In this document: positions 26,706 to 34,498 of the stretch, piece by piece
Position numbering within the stretch: the stretch's first letter is position 1
Layout of the letters: every line of letters begins with the position of its first letter
IMG/VR virus record: IMGVR_UViG_3300035562_000049
Coordinates: 1-35,713 of that record
Strand: one strand, 5' to 3'
DNA: 35,713 nucleotides
DNA from: a virus
Lineage: Duplodnaviria > Caudoviricetes
The notes under the pieces: generated by a model
Databases searched by the model: none
What the model was told of the DNA's origin: nothing
The model's input: the letters and a program-made list of their open reading frames with translations, nothing else
Translations under genes and position numbers: made by a program

Positions 26706-26832
26706 GCACCACCATAAATGATCGGGCTGCAGCACTGTTAAAAATGACCGTGCTCGATGCGCATGGCCAACACTGTTAAAAACGATGGTGTTTGCCGGTA
26801 ATCCGGTACCACACTGCCATTTATGACTGCGT
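26706..26832 (-). repeat. Palindrome-array element, copy 3 (four 22-bp units)
   Basis: Units at 26706-26727, 26732-26753, 26770-26791 and 26811-26832; inverted relative to copies 1 and 2. Confidence 0.9.
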
Positions 26833-29412
26833 TTGTTGACGACGATGTAACGCTTCCATACGCGCTAACAGCAATGCGCTGCGGTCTTCTTCCTTTGATG
26901 CCATGCGAAGCAGCACCCCCTCTTTCGTCCCTCGATAACGTCCGTCCCTCGTTTCAATGACCTGGCCCATTGACAACCGACGCAGCCCGGCCCGGCTGAT
27001 ATCAAGTCCAATTGAGCGGGCATGATCGGCAAGCCTTGCGACCTGCTCACCAATTTCAGGCGATAGCGCCCGCTCCCCCTGAGTTGGCGGACGTTTTTTC
27101 ACCGGGGTTTCGCGATGCAATGAGTTATCTGGAGGGAGATCGCGCAGACGGTGCAGAAGTTGCCGACGCTGATGTCGGGTTAACGTCTCAAAATCAGCGA
27201 TTTTTCCCAACTCCTCCACAGGAGGATTATTGGTTACATTCCGCTCAGGCGGACAGTTATTGCCACGAGTCCAAGGGACGGCAAAGCCGCCCTGACGGTC
27301 AAGGTCAACACCCTGGCGCACGGCTACGCCGCCCGCTGATTCGGTTTTTCTTACCCGCTGCCAATTTTCAGCGTGTGTGCAAACACGCGATTGCTCACCC
27401 AATAGCGGTGACCAAACGCCATAAATCTGCATACCGATCTCACCGTAGTCATTCGGCTTGTCGGCTGCGTTATAGGCCGTGCGAACTACATGATCACGGC
27501 GCGGGGAAAGAACGCCGCCTTGCTTCAAGATGTAAGTGGCAATGCACCCCGCATCAGCAGCAGACAGCACATCATCCATGGCTTTATCCGTCAGCCGTGG
27601 CGATTTTTTACCGGTAATCCCCTTGCGGGCCATTTGCCCAGCCAGTAGACGTAACTCACGGTAAGTCTGCCGGGAAGGAATGCCGAAAAACTGGAACTGG
27701 CGCACACGATGCAATGACGCCCAGGCGATCGCATGTTCCACGGTGTCGGCCATGCTTTTACCGCTCTCGTGATCAAGCGGCAATTCACCGGTTTTCGGGT
27801 CTGGCTTGCGGAGCGGTGCGCCGTCAAGGTTCTTGCCAATATAGGCCGCGATGTAACTTGTTGGCGTACCTTTATCCCTGGTGATCAATTCAGCCTTGAA
27901 GCGTGGCGTAATGTCGTTGCCGAGTTCAGCCCTATCTTCTCGAATGGCAAACTCGCGCAAAATATCGGTCACATCCTCCCGTTCATCCGGGTGGGTAAAA
28001 ATCATCATATGCCAGTGAACCGTACCATCGTGGTGAGGCTCGGCTACGCGGATGCCATACCACCGCAACCCCTTGCGGTTCAGCTTTTTGCGCACACTGG
28101 AAAACATGTTGACCAGATAATCGCTGCTGTCACGCACAGTGCGGGCAGTCCATTTAGGGTTTGGCTTGCCGCTTTTCAATGTGGCGTGATACTTCGATGG
28201 GCAAGTGATGGTGCACCACACGGCACTGTCTTCGCGATACTCGGCTACATTCTCCATCCCTTTCATGGTTGCCATCATTTCGAAGCGCCGATGCTGCGGG
28301 TTACTGTTACCTGCGTAATAGACGTCCTCCATGTCCAGCGTCACACCTTCGTCATTTACCAACTCGTGGTTTTTCAAAAACTCACGCGTCAGGCGGCGCT
28401 GCTCTCGCTTATGTATCAAGGCATCGTGGCTGATAAAGGCCGAAGCATTGATGTTAACCAGGCAGGCAGCGCGTAAAAGTTCTTCGCGCCACTCGCAACG
28501 GTAACGCCATAACCGCCGCTGCCACCAATTGGCGCAGCACAGTCGGGCTAATGCACCGGGCAATAGGTGATAAGGGATCTGACCGCGCTTGCGTCGCTGA
28601 ACATCAAGCGCTGACCATTGCGGGGGAATGATGTTTATCCGAAGCGCTTCGCGAGCAACCACCTGATAAACACGCAATGCCGCTTCCGGCGTCATACCAT
28701 TGGCAAAATGTGTCTCACACTGCTGATTAAAGAGCGAATCCATGAAGCCCGCCGCCAGTGTGGCAAGCAATTTTACCTCCCGCTTGGTCAACTCAGGCAG
28801 GCGTAGCAGTTCGTCCAGGCGTTCACGCCCCGCAATATAACGATAAGCAGCGGTGAGATTACGGGCATTAACCTGCTCTAAACGGGGCAGCACACGCTTG
28901 ACGGTTTTTTGCAAGAATGTGCTGGCCGGTTTACTGCTTTTGCCGTCAAGCTCAGCGGCTACCTGTAATTTACGAAAATGATTAAGACGGATCAGCAGAG
29001 GCTGGCGAAGGTATTGCGGCAAGGTATGCAGGGCGGAAACCAATTCAGCATCAGGATCACCGTCAATTGCACGTTTGGCATCTTTGTTTCTGGCAATCTG
29101 CCCTTCACGCTGTAATTCGCGTTCTTCGGCTTCTGCAATGAGGTAATCACGGCGAGTCAGACGCGCGCGTTCCTTATCGGAAAGCGAGCCACGGACAAGC
29201 GAAATTTCTCGCAGCTCTGCGGCCTTGCGCTCTTCAATGCCAAGCTGGATCCATTGCGCCAACGGTGATAAAGGCGGGATGATTTCAATATCGGCAGGAT
29301 TTATCGCCGCGTGAGACATATTCCACGAGTAAACCCCGGTAAACGGCTCATCGTTTCCGGGGTATGGGGCAGGTTCAGAGGGTGTATAGCGTCCCCGCGT
29401 TGTTTCAGTCAT
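26821..29412 (-). CDS. A: Rolling-circle replication endonuclease gpA
   Basis: TITCPSKYH, HUH motif EPHHDGTVHWH, YIAAYIGKN, RQFQFFG; ATGA overlap with the upstream gene supports the start. Confidence 0.95.
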   Translation of the reverse strand: MTETTRGRYTPSEPAPYPGNDEPFTGVYSWNMSHAAINPADIEIIPPLSPLAQWIQLGIEERKAAELREISLVRGSLSDKERARLTRRDYLIAEAEERELQREGQIARNKDAKRAIDGDPDAELVSALHTLPQYLRQPLLIRLNHFRKLQVAAELDGKSSKPASTFLQKTVKRVLPRLEQVNARNLTAAYRYIAGRERLDELLRLPELTKREVKLLATLAAGFMDSLFNQQCETHFANGMTPEAALRVYQVVAREALRINIIPPQWSALDVQRRKRGQIPYHLLPGALARLCCANWWQRRLWRYRCEWREELLRAACLVNINASAFISHDALIHKREQRRLTREFLKNHELVNDEGVTLDMEDVYYAGNSNPQHRRFEMMATMKGMENVAEYREDSAVWCTITCPSKYHATLKSGKPNPKWTARTVRDSSDYLVNMFSSVRKKLNRKGLRWYGIRVAEPHHDGTVHWHMMIFTHPDEREDVTDILREFAIREDRAELGNDITPRFKAELITRDKGTPTSYIAAYIGKNLDGAPLRKPDPKTGELPLDHESGKSMADTVEHAIAWASLHRVRQFQFFGIPSRQTYRELRLLAGQMARKGITGKKSPRLTDKAMDDVLSAADAGCIATYILKQGGVLSPRRDHVVRTAYNAADKPNDYGEIGMQIYGVWSPLLGEQSRVCTHAENWQRVRKTESAGGVAVRQGVDLDRQGGFAVPWTRGNNCPPERNVTNNPPVEELGKIADFETLTRHQRRQLLHRLRDLPPDNSLHRETPVKKRPPTQGERALSPEIGEQVARLADHARSIGLDISRAGLRRLSMGQVIETRDGRYRGTKEGVLLRMASKEEDRSALLLARMEALHRRQQTQS
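27253..27277 (-). other. Putative replication origin (gpA nick region) inside A
   Basis: Minus strand CCCTTGGACTCGTGGCAATAACTGT resembles P2 ori CCTCGGAGTCCTGTCAATAACTGT at the equivalent position. Confidence 0.7.
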
Positions 29413-30356
29413 ACCTGTGCCCGGCAGCACTGAATAATTTCACACATGGCTTTTGGGGGTACTGCATTGCCCGCCATGTGGACGGTTAGCTGGTGTGACG
29501 ATGGCCTGATGTAATCATCAGGAAATGACATTGCCCGCATATTTTCATCTGCGCTCAGCATTCTCATTCTGTTGCCATCGACAATAGCCCACCGATCACG
29601 CGTTGTGATGGTGCCAATAGGCCGAGAAAGAGACCGCCCGGACTTAGAATTACCGTAATAGGATATTAGGAACCGGCTACCAAATTTCGCGCGACCATTT
29701 CTTACCCGCTCAAGGGTAGCGACAGCTCTCCCTGCTTTCTCAATGGGTTGCCAATTCCCGATGGTCAGATCGATAAACGAATCGGCAGCAAGATGCGGCA
29801 ATTTGGGTAACGTCAGGTGCAGCGGATTTTTGCTGCGAGTACAGACAATGAACATGCGCACACGGTTTTGCGGCACACCCAGATCGGCACAATCCACAAT
29901 GTGTGGCGCGAGTGAATAACCTAGTGCGTGCATTGCCGCTTCCCAAGCGGGATAAAGCGCCCATTGCAGAAACTCGGGCACATTTTCCACAATGATTATT
30001 TCTGTCTTATGGAATTCGGCAGCAGAGATCACCGCCCAGGCCGTCGACCTGCTGGCATCATGCTGTGGATTGCCTGCCTTTTTACCGCGTGCCCTGCTAT
30101 GCCCCTGACAGCAGGGTGACGCCATCATGAGATCATGCGCAGGAACCTGTGACCAGTCCGCCTGGTGCAAATCCTGACAAACATGGATTGCGTCAGGATG
30201 ATTCCTGGCATGAGTATCAACAGCGGCCTGCCAATGATTGCCAGCCCAGACAACAGTTGCCCCCGCCATGGTTGCGCCAGTCGAGGAACCACCCAGACCA
30301 GAAAACAAATCGATTACTCTCAGTGGGTTCTGGGTTCCTTTGTTGAATTCGCTCAC
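29409..30356 (-). CDS. DNA cytosine-C5 methyltransferase
   Basis: DLFSGLGG, SPCCQGHS, ENV, QNRVR, GNAVPP motifs. Confidence 0.93.
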   Translation of the reverse strand: MSEFNKGTQNPLRVIDLFSGLGGSSTGATMAGATVVWAGNHWQAAVDTHARNHPDAIHVCQDLHQADWSQVPAHDLMMASPCCQGHSRARGKKAGNPQHDASRSTAWAVISAAEFHKTEIIIVENVPEFLQWALYPAWEAAMHALGYSLAPHIVDCADLGVPQNRVRMFIVCTRSKNPLHLTLPKLPHLAADSFIDLTIGNWQPIEKAGRAVATLERVRNGRAKFGSRFLISYYGNSKSGRSLSRPIGTITTRDRWAIVDGNRMRMLSADENMRAMSFPDDYIRPSSHQLTVHMAGNAVPPKAMCEIIQCCRAQV

Positions 30357-30580
30357 TTTTTGCTCTCCACGTTGTAAGTCTCATGGGTCAGCAATAACCA
30401 GACCTTGCCTTTGTTCTTACTCAGCAAGCGCCAGCGGCAACCGATACGTATCACCAGGTAAAAATTGGGCTTTATACGGGAATAATTTTTAAAACCGCGA
30501 GAGAACAAATTCAGCGCTGCCGTTGCACGACTACAAACGTGCAGCGGGGCTTTGCTTTTGACTTCAAGGCGAACAGGCAT
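30353..30580 (-). CDS. Small basic protein, possibly ParE/RelE-like fold
   Basis: Coupled to both neighbours by overlapping start/stop codons; RWRLLS...THETYN recalls phage ParE-like proteins (from memory). Confidence 0.5.
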   Translation of the reverse strand: MPVRLEVKSKAPLHVCSRATAALNLFSRGFKNYSRIKPNFYLVIRIGCRWRLLSKNKGKVWLLLTHETYNVESKK

Positions 30581-31521
30581 CAGAACCCCCCTTGATCATC
30601 AAAAACACCCGCAGCAACCATCGCGCCATAAGTCGAACTACCACAGCACGGCCCACAGTCTGGACAGCATCCGCCGCCAGCTCGCCCGCACCCTTCGCAT
30701 ACCTTGAGGACGCCGATCACTTCTTGGGCCTTCTGGCGGTTGCTGGTATCGGTACTGACTGAGCGTTGCACGTCAATTTCATGCAGGTGGAAATGGCGGT
30801 AGATCTCGCGGGTGGTTTCGGTGTCGCTGTTGGAAATGACAACCGGCGCGCCATATTTACGATTCACTTCCAGCAGTTCCGCGGCTAACTGGCGGTGATG
30901 GCTCTCCGTGAATGGCTCGGTGTGGTATTGGGTAAAATTGGCGGTATCGCTGGCAGGCAGGTACGGCGGATCGCAGTAAATGGCTTCATCCGCGCCAACC
31001 ATCACCTTGAGGGTGTTTTGAAACGAGCTGCACAGGAAAATAGCTTTGGTGTCGTTGGCCTTCTCCGCAAACTGGCGGATCTCCGCTTCGGGGAAGTAAG
31101 GCCCGGTTTTATGCTGACCAAACGGCACGTTGTAACCGCCGCCCTGGTTATAGCGCACCACACCGTTGTAGCCGTGGCGGTTGAGGTACAGGAACAGCGC
31201 AGCCCGATTCACATCAAGTAGCCCTTTCGCGCTGTTGAATATCTTGCGGTTGCGGAAATATTCCTCTTTTGAATTGCCCACCGTGAACAGCTTGCGCGCC
31301 ATATCGATCAGCAGGTCAGGATCGCTTTTCACTTCGCGATACAGGCGGATCAAATCCGGGTTGATATCAGCCAGCACATAACGGCGGTAATCGGTATTGA
31401 GAAATACCGACGCACCGCCAACAAACGGCTCAACAAGGCAATCGGCTTTTGGCAGGTGCGGCAGCAGTGCAGGTATAACCCGGCTTTTGCCACCGGGCCA
31501 TTTGAGAAGGGAGCGGATCAT
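30580..31521 (-). CDS. dam: DNA adenine methylase (Dam family) with Cys-rich C-terminal tail
   Basis: LKWPGGK, EPFVGGASV, YLNRHGYNGVVRYN..G.YNVPFG, YCDPPY. Confidence 0.93.
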   Translation of the reverse strand: MIRSLLKWPGGKSRVIPALLPHLPKADCLVEPFVGGASVFLNTDYRRYVLADINPDLIRLYREVKSDPDLLIDMARKLFTVGNSKEEYFRNRKIFNSAKGLLDVNRAALFLYLNRHGYNGVVRYNQGGGYNVPFGQHKTGPYFPEAEIRQFAEKANDTKAIFLCSSFQNTLKVMVGADEAIYCDPPYLPASDTANFTQYHTEPFTESHHRQLAAELLEVNRKYGAPVVISNSDTETTREIYRHFHLHEIDVQRSVSTDTSNRQKAQEVIGVLKVCEGCGRAGGGCCPDCGPCCGSSTYGAMVAAGVFDDQGGF

Positions 31522-32096
31522 AACATCGGCTCCTTATCGGTGGTCAGGCGTTGCCAGATCTCTGATACGTAAAGCGCCTGGTGTACGGCATCATCAAGCG
31601 CGTTGTGCCGGTCGCCATTGAATGGGCTGTTACGTTTAGGATCGAAGCCGAGTGCGCGCCCCATTTCCACAACGGTGCGAACGTCACGATCATTCCACCA
31701 TTGCCAAGGGATCTCTAAATCAGCTCGGCCAAAAGCGGCGCGGAGCAACACACAATCAAATGACGCGCCATTACCCCAGACTTGCAAAAATTTTAAGTCG
31801 TTAGGGATAGCATTCTTTTCAATAAAATCATGGAGCCGGGTTAATGCTTCCCAGGCCAAAGGGGCATCATCCGCCACTAATTCCGCGCGGGCTTCACTAT
31901 TCTGTTTTAACCACCATTTGATAGTGCTGCCATCAGGTTTAGCCCCCTGATCCATGTCGCTGGCGAAATCCACGCGCGTATAAAACCGCGCACCTGTACA
32001 CCCGGTAGACGGCTCAAAAAACACCGCACCAATAGCCGCGATCGGCGCATCTACACCGGTACCCAGGGTTTCTAAATCGATCATTAAGTGGTTCAT
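31518..32096 (-). CDS. 3'-5' exonuclease (DEDDh, exonuclease VIII-associated type)
   Basis: MIDLETLG, WGNGASFD, RDVRT, HNALDDA; start at MNHLM. Confidence 0.88.
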   Translation of the reverse strand: MNHLMIDLETLGTGVDAPIAAIGAVFFEPSTGCTGARFYTRVDFASDMDQGAKPDGSTIKWWLKQNSEARAELVADDAPLAWEALTRLHDFIEKNAIPNDLKFLQVWGNGASFDCVLLRAAFGRADLEIPWQWWNDRDVRTVVEMGRALGFDPKRNSPFNGDRHNALDDAVHQALYVSEIWQRLTTDKEPML

Positions 32097-32101
32097 GGCG
32101 G

Positions 32102-32311
32102 TTAAATTCCGTATGGAGATGAAGGGGTAACGGGACGCTGCAATGCCGAGGTAAGACGCTGGCGCATGTTTTGAACGAAACAACCCACTGTTGGATCTTC
32201 TGGTGGGAGCGTTAGCTCACCACATCTGTGGGTCTTGATCGTCAACCCATCGCGCTCAATCGTTGGTAATAAAACGTTCAAAATGAAACTGTATTTTTCG
32301 TGTTTAGTCAT
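32102..32311 (-). CDS. Hypothetical early protein
   Basis: MTKHEKYSF... preceded by GAGGT; fills the operon gap. Confidence 0.65.
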   Translation of the reverse strand: MTKHEKYSFILNVLLPTIERDGLTIKTHRCGELTLPPEDPTVGCFVQNMRQRLTSALQRPVTPSSPYGI

Positions 32312-32330
32312 GATTAGAAACCTCATAAAG

Positions 32331-32350
32331 TTGCCGGGTTTCCCCGGCAA
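32331..32350 (-). terminator. GC-rich hairpin in early operon (weak terminator or processing site)
   Basis: Perfect 8-bp stem TTGCCGGG/CCCGGCAA with GAAA loop on the minus strand, followed by only CTTT. Confidence 0.45.
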
Positions 32351-32354
32351 TCTG

Positions 32355-32537
32355 TTACGGGTGATCAGTCGATTGGCTGGCCGTCTTAAGTGCAGGCCAT
32401 ACGAGCAGGAGAAGCGCGCCAACGAAGAAGGCGTCACCAATCACTGAAAGCAGATAGCTGGTGAAATCCACTGCAATGACCATGAAGGCCAGCAGAACAG
32501 CCAGCACAGGGCGCAGTGAGTTCAGTACGCGGTGCAT
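32355..32537 (-). CDS. Small two-TM membrane protein coupled to TerB
   Basis: 60 aa, two hydrophobic helices; start overlaps the TerB stop (TGATG). Confidence 0.75.
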   Translation of the reverse strand: MHRVLNSLRPVLAVLLAFMVIAVDFTSYLLSVIGDAFFVGALLLLVWPALKTASQSTDHP

Positions 32538-32968
32538 CAGAGATAATCCTCAATGCGCAAGCCCAGACGCCGCCCTACTTCTTCCAGTACCTTTTGTTCT
32601 TCCGGCTCGATCTGGCCGTCAGCTTCGGCAATGGTCAGCATGTTGACGAAGACTTCTTCCGCCTCTTTCGGGTCGTTTTTAATGTCCTCAATCTCACGCA
32701 AAATATTCATGCGCCCAACACGGAAGCCCGCTTCAAGCTGTTCCGTGAAACGGGTGATCAGTGCAGTAATTTCATTGCCGTAGTGGCTCAGGCGTGGATT
32801 AGAGCGCAGCAGCTGATCGAGCTTTGCGGTTTCCTCTTTCTCAATTTCACCATCGGCGGCAGCAACCAACAGACAGCCACCAACAATGGCTTCCATCAAA
32901 TCGCGGTTTTCAACTTTCTTTAATTCAACTTTTACAGCAGCGGTTTTTTTCTTGAACATGCCAAACAT
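32537..32968 (-). CDS. TerB-family (tellurite resistance-like) protein
   Basis: Twin motifs VAAADGEIEKEE and IAEADGQIEPEE. Confidence 0.88.
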   Translation of the reverse strand: MFGMFKKKTAAVKVELKKVENRDLMEAIVGGCLLVAAADGEIEKEETAKLDQLLRSNPRLSHYGNEITALITRFTEQLEAGFRVGRMNILREIEDIKNDPKEAEEVFVNMLTIAEADGQIEPEEQKVLEEVGRRLGLRIEDYL

Positions 32969-33055
32969 AATTAACCCTTTTTTTGGGTGAGTGAGTGCGC
33001 CATCACTTAATAAAGTGACGACAGTTGGAAAAAGTCATTTAAATAAACTTGTTTT

Positions 33056-33292
33056 CTAAAACAGTTTTCTTAACAAAATTGCGAGGGAATTAAATAAACC
33101 TTTGTTTATCTTCTTCGTATAAACAAAGGGCTTATTCATGCCTTTAATAAAACGCACTTTATTAGGTTCCGGCTTAAAGAAGCGTCCGTCCGGGCATTCA
33201 AGCCAGCCGTGTGAATGGCGATAGTGTGTAACCTGACAGCCATGTTTTAGCAGGCTGGCAAAAGATGGAGTGTTATCGTTCATATCGTGCAC
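33056..33292 (-). CDS. Fil-like (DUF2724) early protein
   Basis: PSFASLL...HGW...DGR.F.P resembles phage 186 Fil. Confidence 0.65.
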   Translation of the reverse strand: MHDMNDNTPSFASLLKHGCQVTHYRHSHGWLECPDGRFFKPEPNKVRFIKGMNKPFVYTKKINKGLFNSLAILLRKLF

Positions 33293-33295
33293 CTG

Positions 33296-33481
33296 CTACA
33301 GTTGTCTACGTGCCTTGCGCTCAACTTCTTCACGGCGGGCTTTAAATTCAGAGAGCGCCTTTAATTTCTGCTGCCTGACTTTTTCGCACCGCTGCCTGAC
33401 TAGAAACTGAATTAAATTAACAATCAGCACAGCAAAAATAAAAAGGCCAATGATTATTTCAGCTTCCATGGCTATCACCAT
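33296..33481 (-). CDS. Hypothetical single-TM protein
   Basis: Hydrophobic N-terminus and basic coiled C-terminus; fits the operon spacing. Confidence 0.6.
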   Translation of the reverse strand: MVIAMEAEIIIGLFIFAVLIVNLIQFLVRQRCEKVRQQKLKALSEFKARREEVERKARRQL

Positions 33482-33719
33482 TTTTTAACTTGTCGATAGT
33501 TTGCATTGCCTCAGCCAAGGCGAAGTCTCGACCATAATAATTATCAATTGCGCCGCTATCATCCCGTTTATTAATCAGGTAAGCGTTACTGCTATTGAAA
33601 TAATTTCGTGACGATTTGCGGATAGTAAAGCCGGAATATACATAAACGTTTTTTCCTACCGGAACCAACCCCGGAAAGCTTCCAGCATGTGATCCATGCT
33701 TCGAATAACGCTTTTTCAT
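33459..33719 (-). CDS. Hypothetical early protein (possibly DUF4761-like)
   Basis: ATG 2 nt after the cox stop; Y.GFTIRK...YYGRDFALAEA pattern recalled from P2-like prophages. Confidence 0.6.
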   Translation of the reverse strand: MKKRYSKHGSHAGSFPGLVPVGKNVYVYSGFTIRKSSRNYFNSSNAYLINKRDDSGAIDNYYGRDFALAEAMQTIDKLKNGDSHGS

Positions 33720-33721
33720 AA

Positions 33722-34003
33722 TTAAAGCCCTATCCACAACAACCAGGCGTCGCGTTGTTCTTTCGGGCGGTTGAAGTAAGCATCACGCATTGCACGGTTA
33801 AACTCAGGGATGTAGATCCAGTTTTCAGCGCGAGCGCCCAAGCTTTCCGGGTTCTTCCACGGGATGATTGGTAACTTACCGTCTTCAATCATGCTTTTCA
33901 CTGTGGCAGCTTTTTTACCGATCAACTCGGCAAATTTTGGGTAAGGCACAGCGTCCACGGCGTGACGTACCTCAATGAATCCCTCTAACTCTTTTTCGGT
34001 CAT
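33722..34003 (-). CDS. cox: Cox excisionase / lytic repressor
   Basis: DAVPYPKFAELIGK, KLP, IPEFNRA, PKEQRDAWLLWIGL; divergent from the repressor. Confidence 0.92.
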   Translation of the reverse strand: MTEKELEGFIEVRHAVDAVPYPKFAELIGKKAATVKSMIEDGKLPIIPWKNPESLGARAENWIYIPEFNRAMRDAYFNRPKEQRDAWLLWIGL

Positions 34004-34081
34004 ATGTCATAATCCCCTTGGCGCTGCGCGCTTACTTCATCTTGTAACTGCCTATTTAAGCAGTTGCGTCTTCTTAACCAG

Positions 34082-34132
34082 GTCAATATTCACTGACCTA
34101 ACAATGCGGATAATAGTCAAAGGTTACTGACC
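34082..34132. promoter_or_regulatory. Two putative immunity-repressor operators
   Basis: GTCAatattcacTGAC (34082-34097) and GTCAaaggttacTGAC (34116-34131): GTCA-N8-TGAC twice, 34 bp apart. Confidence 0.65.
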
Positions 34133-34432
34133 ATGTCAACAGACTACACAATAAAATTGCACGACATTCGGAAGGCAGAAGGGCTTACTCAAAAGCAATT
34201 CGCTGATCTAACAGGTATTTCACTTGGAACAATAAAAAATTATGAAACAGGCCAACACGCGGCTACTGCCCTAACCGCTGAGAGGGTATTGGGGGTTGAA
34301 AGCCTCCAAAAATACACGATGTGGCTAATGACAGGTAAGACAGCACCACAAGCCGGGCAAATTGCTCCGCCTCTCTCCCCTGATGGGCAAGGAAAAATAA
34401 AATCTCGCCATTCCGCCCAGAAGACTGGCTAA
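34133..34432 (+). CDS. C: Immunity repressor C (XRE HTH)
   Basis: IRKAEGLTQKQFADLTGISLGTIKNYETG, KYTMWLMTG, AGQIAP. Confidence 0.92.
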   Translation: MSTDYTIKLHDIRKAEGLTQKQFADLTGISLGTIKNYETGQHAATALTAERVLGVESLQKYTMWLMTGKTAPQAGQIAPPLSPDGQGKIKSRHSAQKTG

Positions 34433-34498
34433 GACTCTATTTTTTCTACGCGCTAGACCAAGGTGCGCACAATGACAACCTCACTGGAGGGCTTCGCT

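Noticed and set aside
26706-26832. Palindrome array as a mini-CRISPR
   Set aside because: Units are degenerate, gaps are only 4-19 bp and are conserved between copies rather than unique, and there are no cas genes.
27733-28476. 247-aa plus-strand ORF (also 27012-27617)
   Set aside because: Antisense to the conserved core of gpA.
34414-34424. GCCCAGAAG shared by the ends of repressor C and cpxP (both encode SAQK)
   Set aside because: Too short to distinguish from chance.
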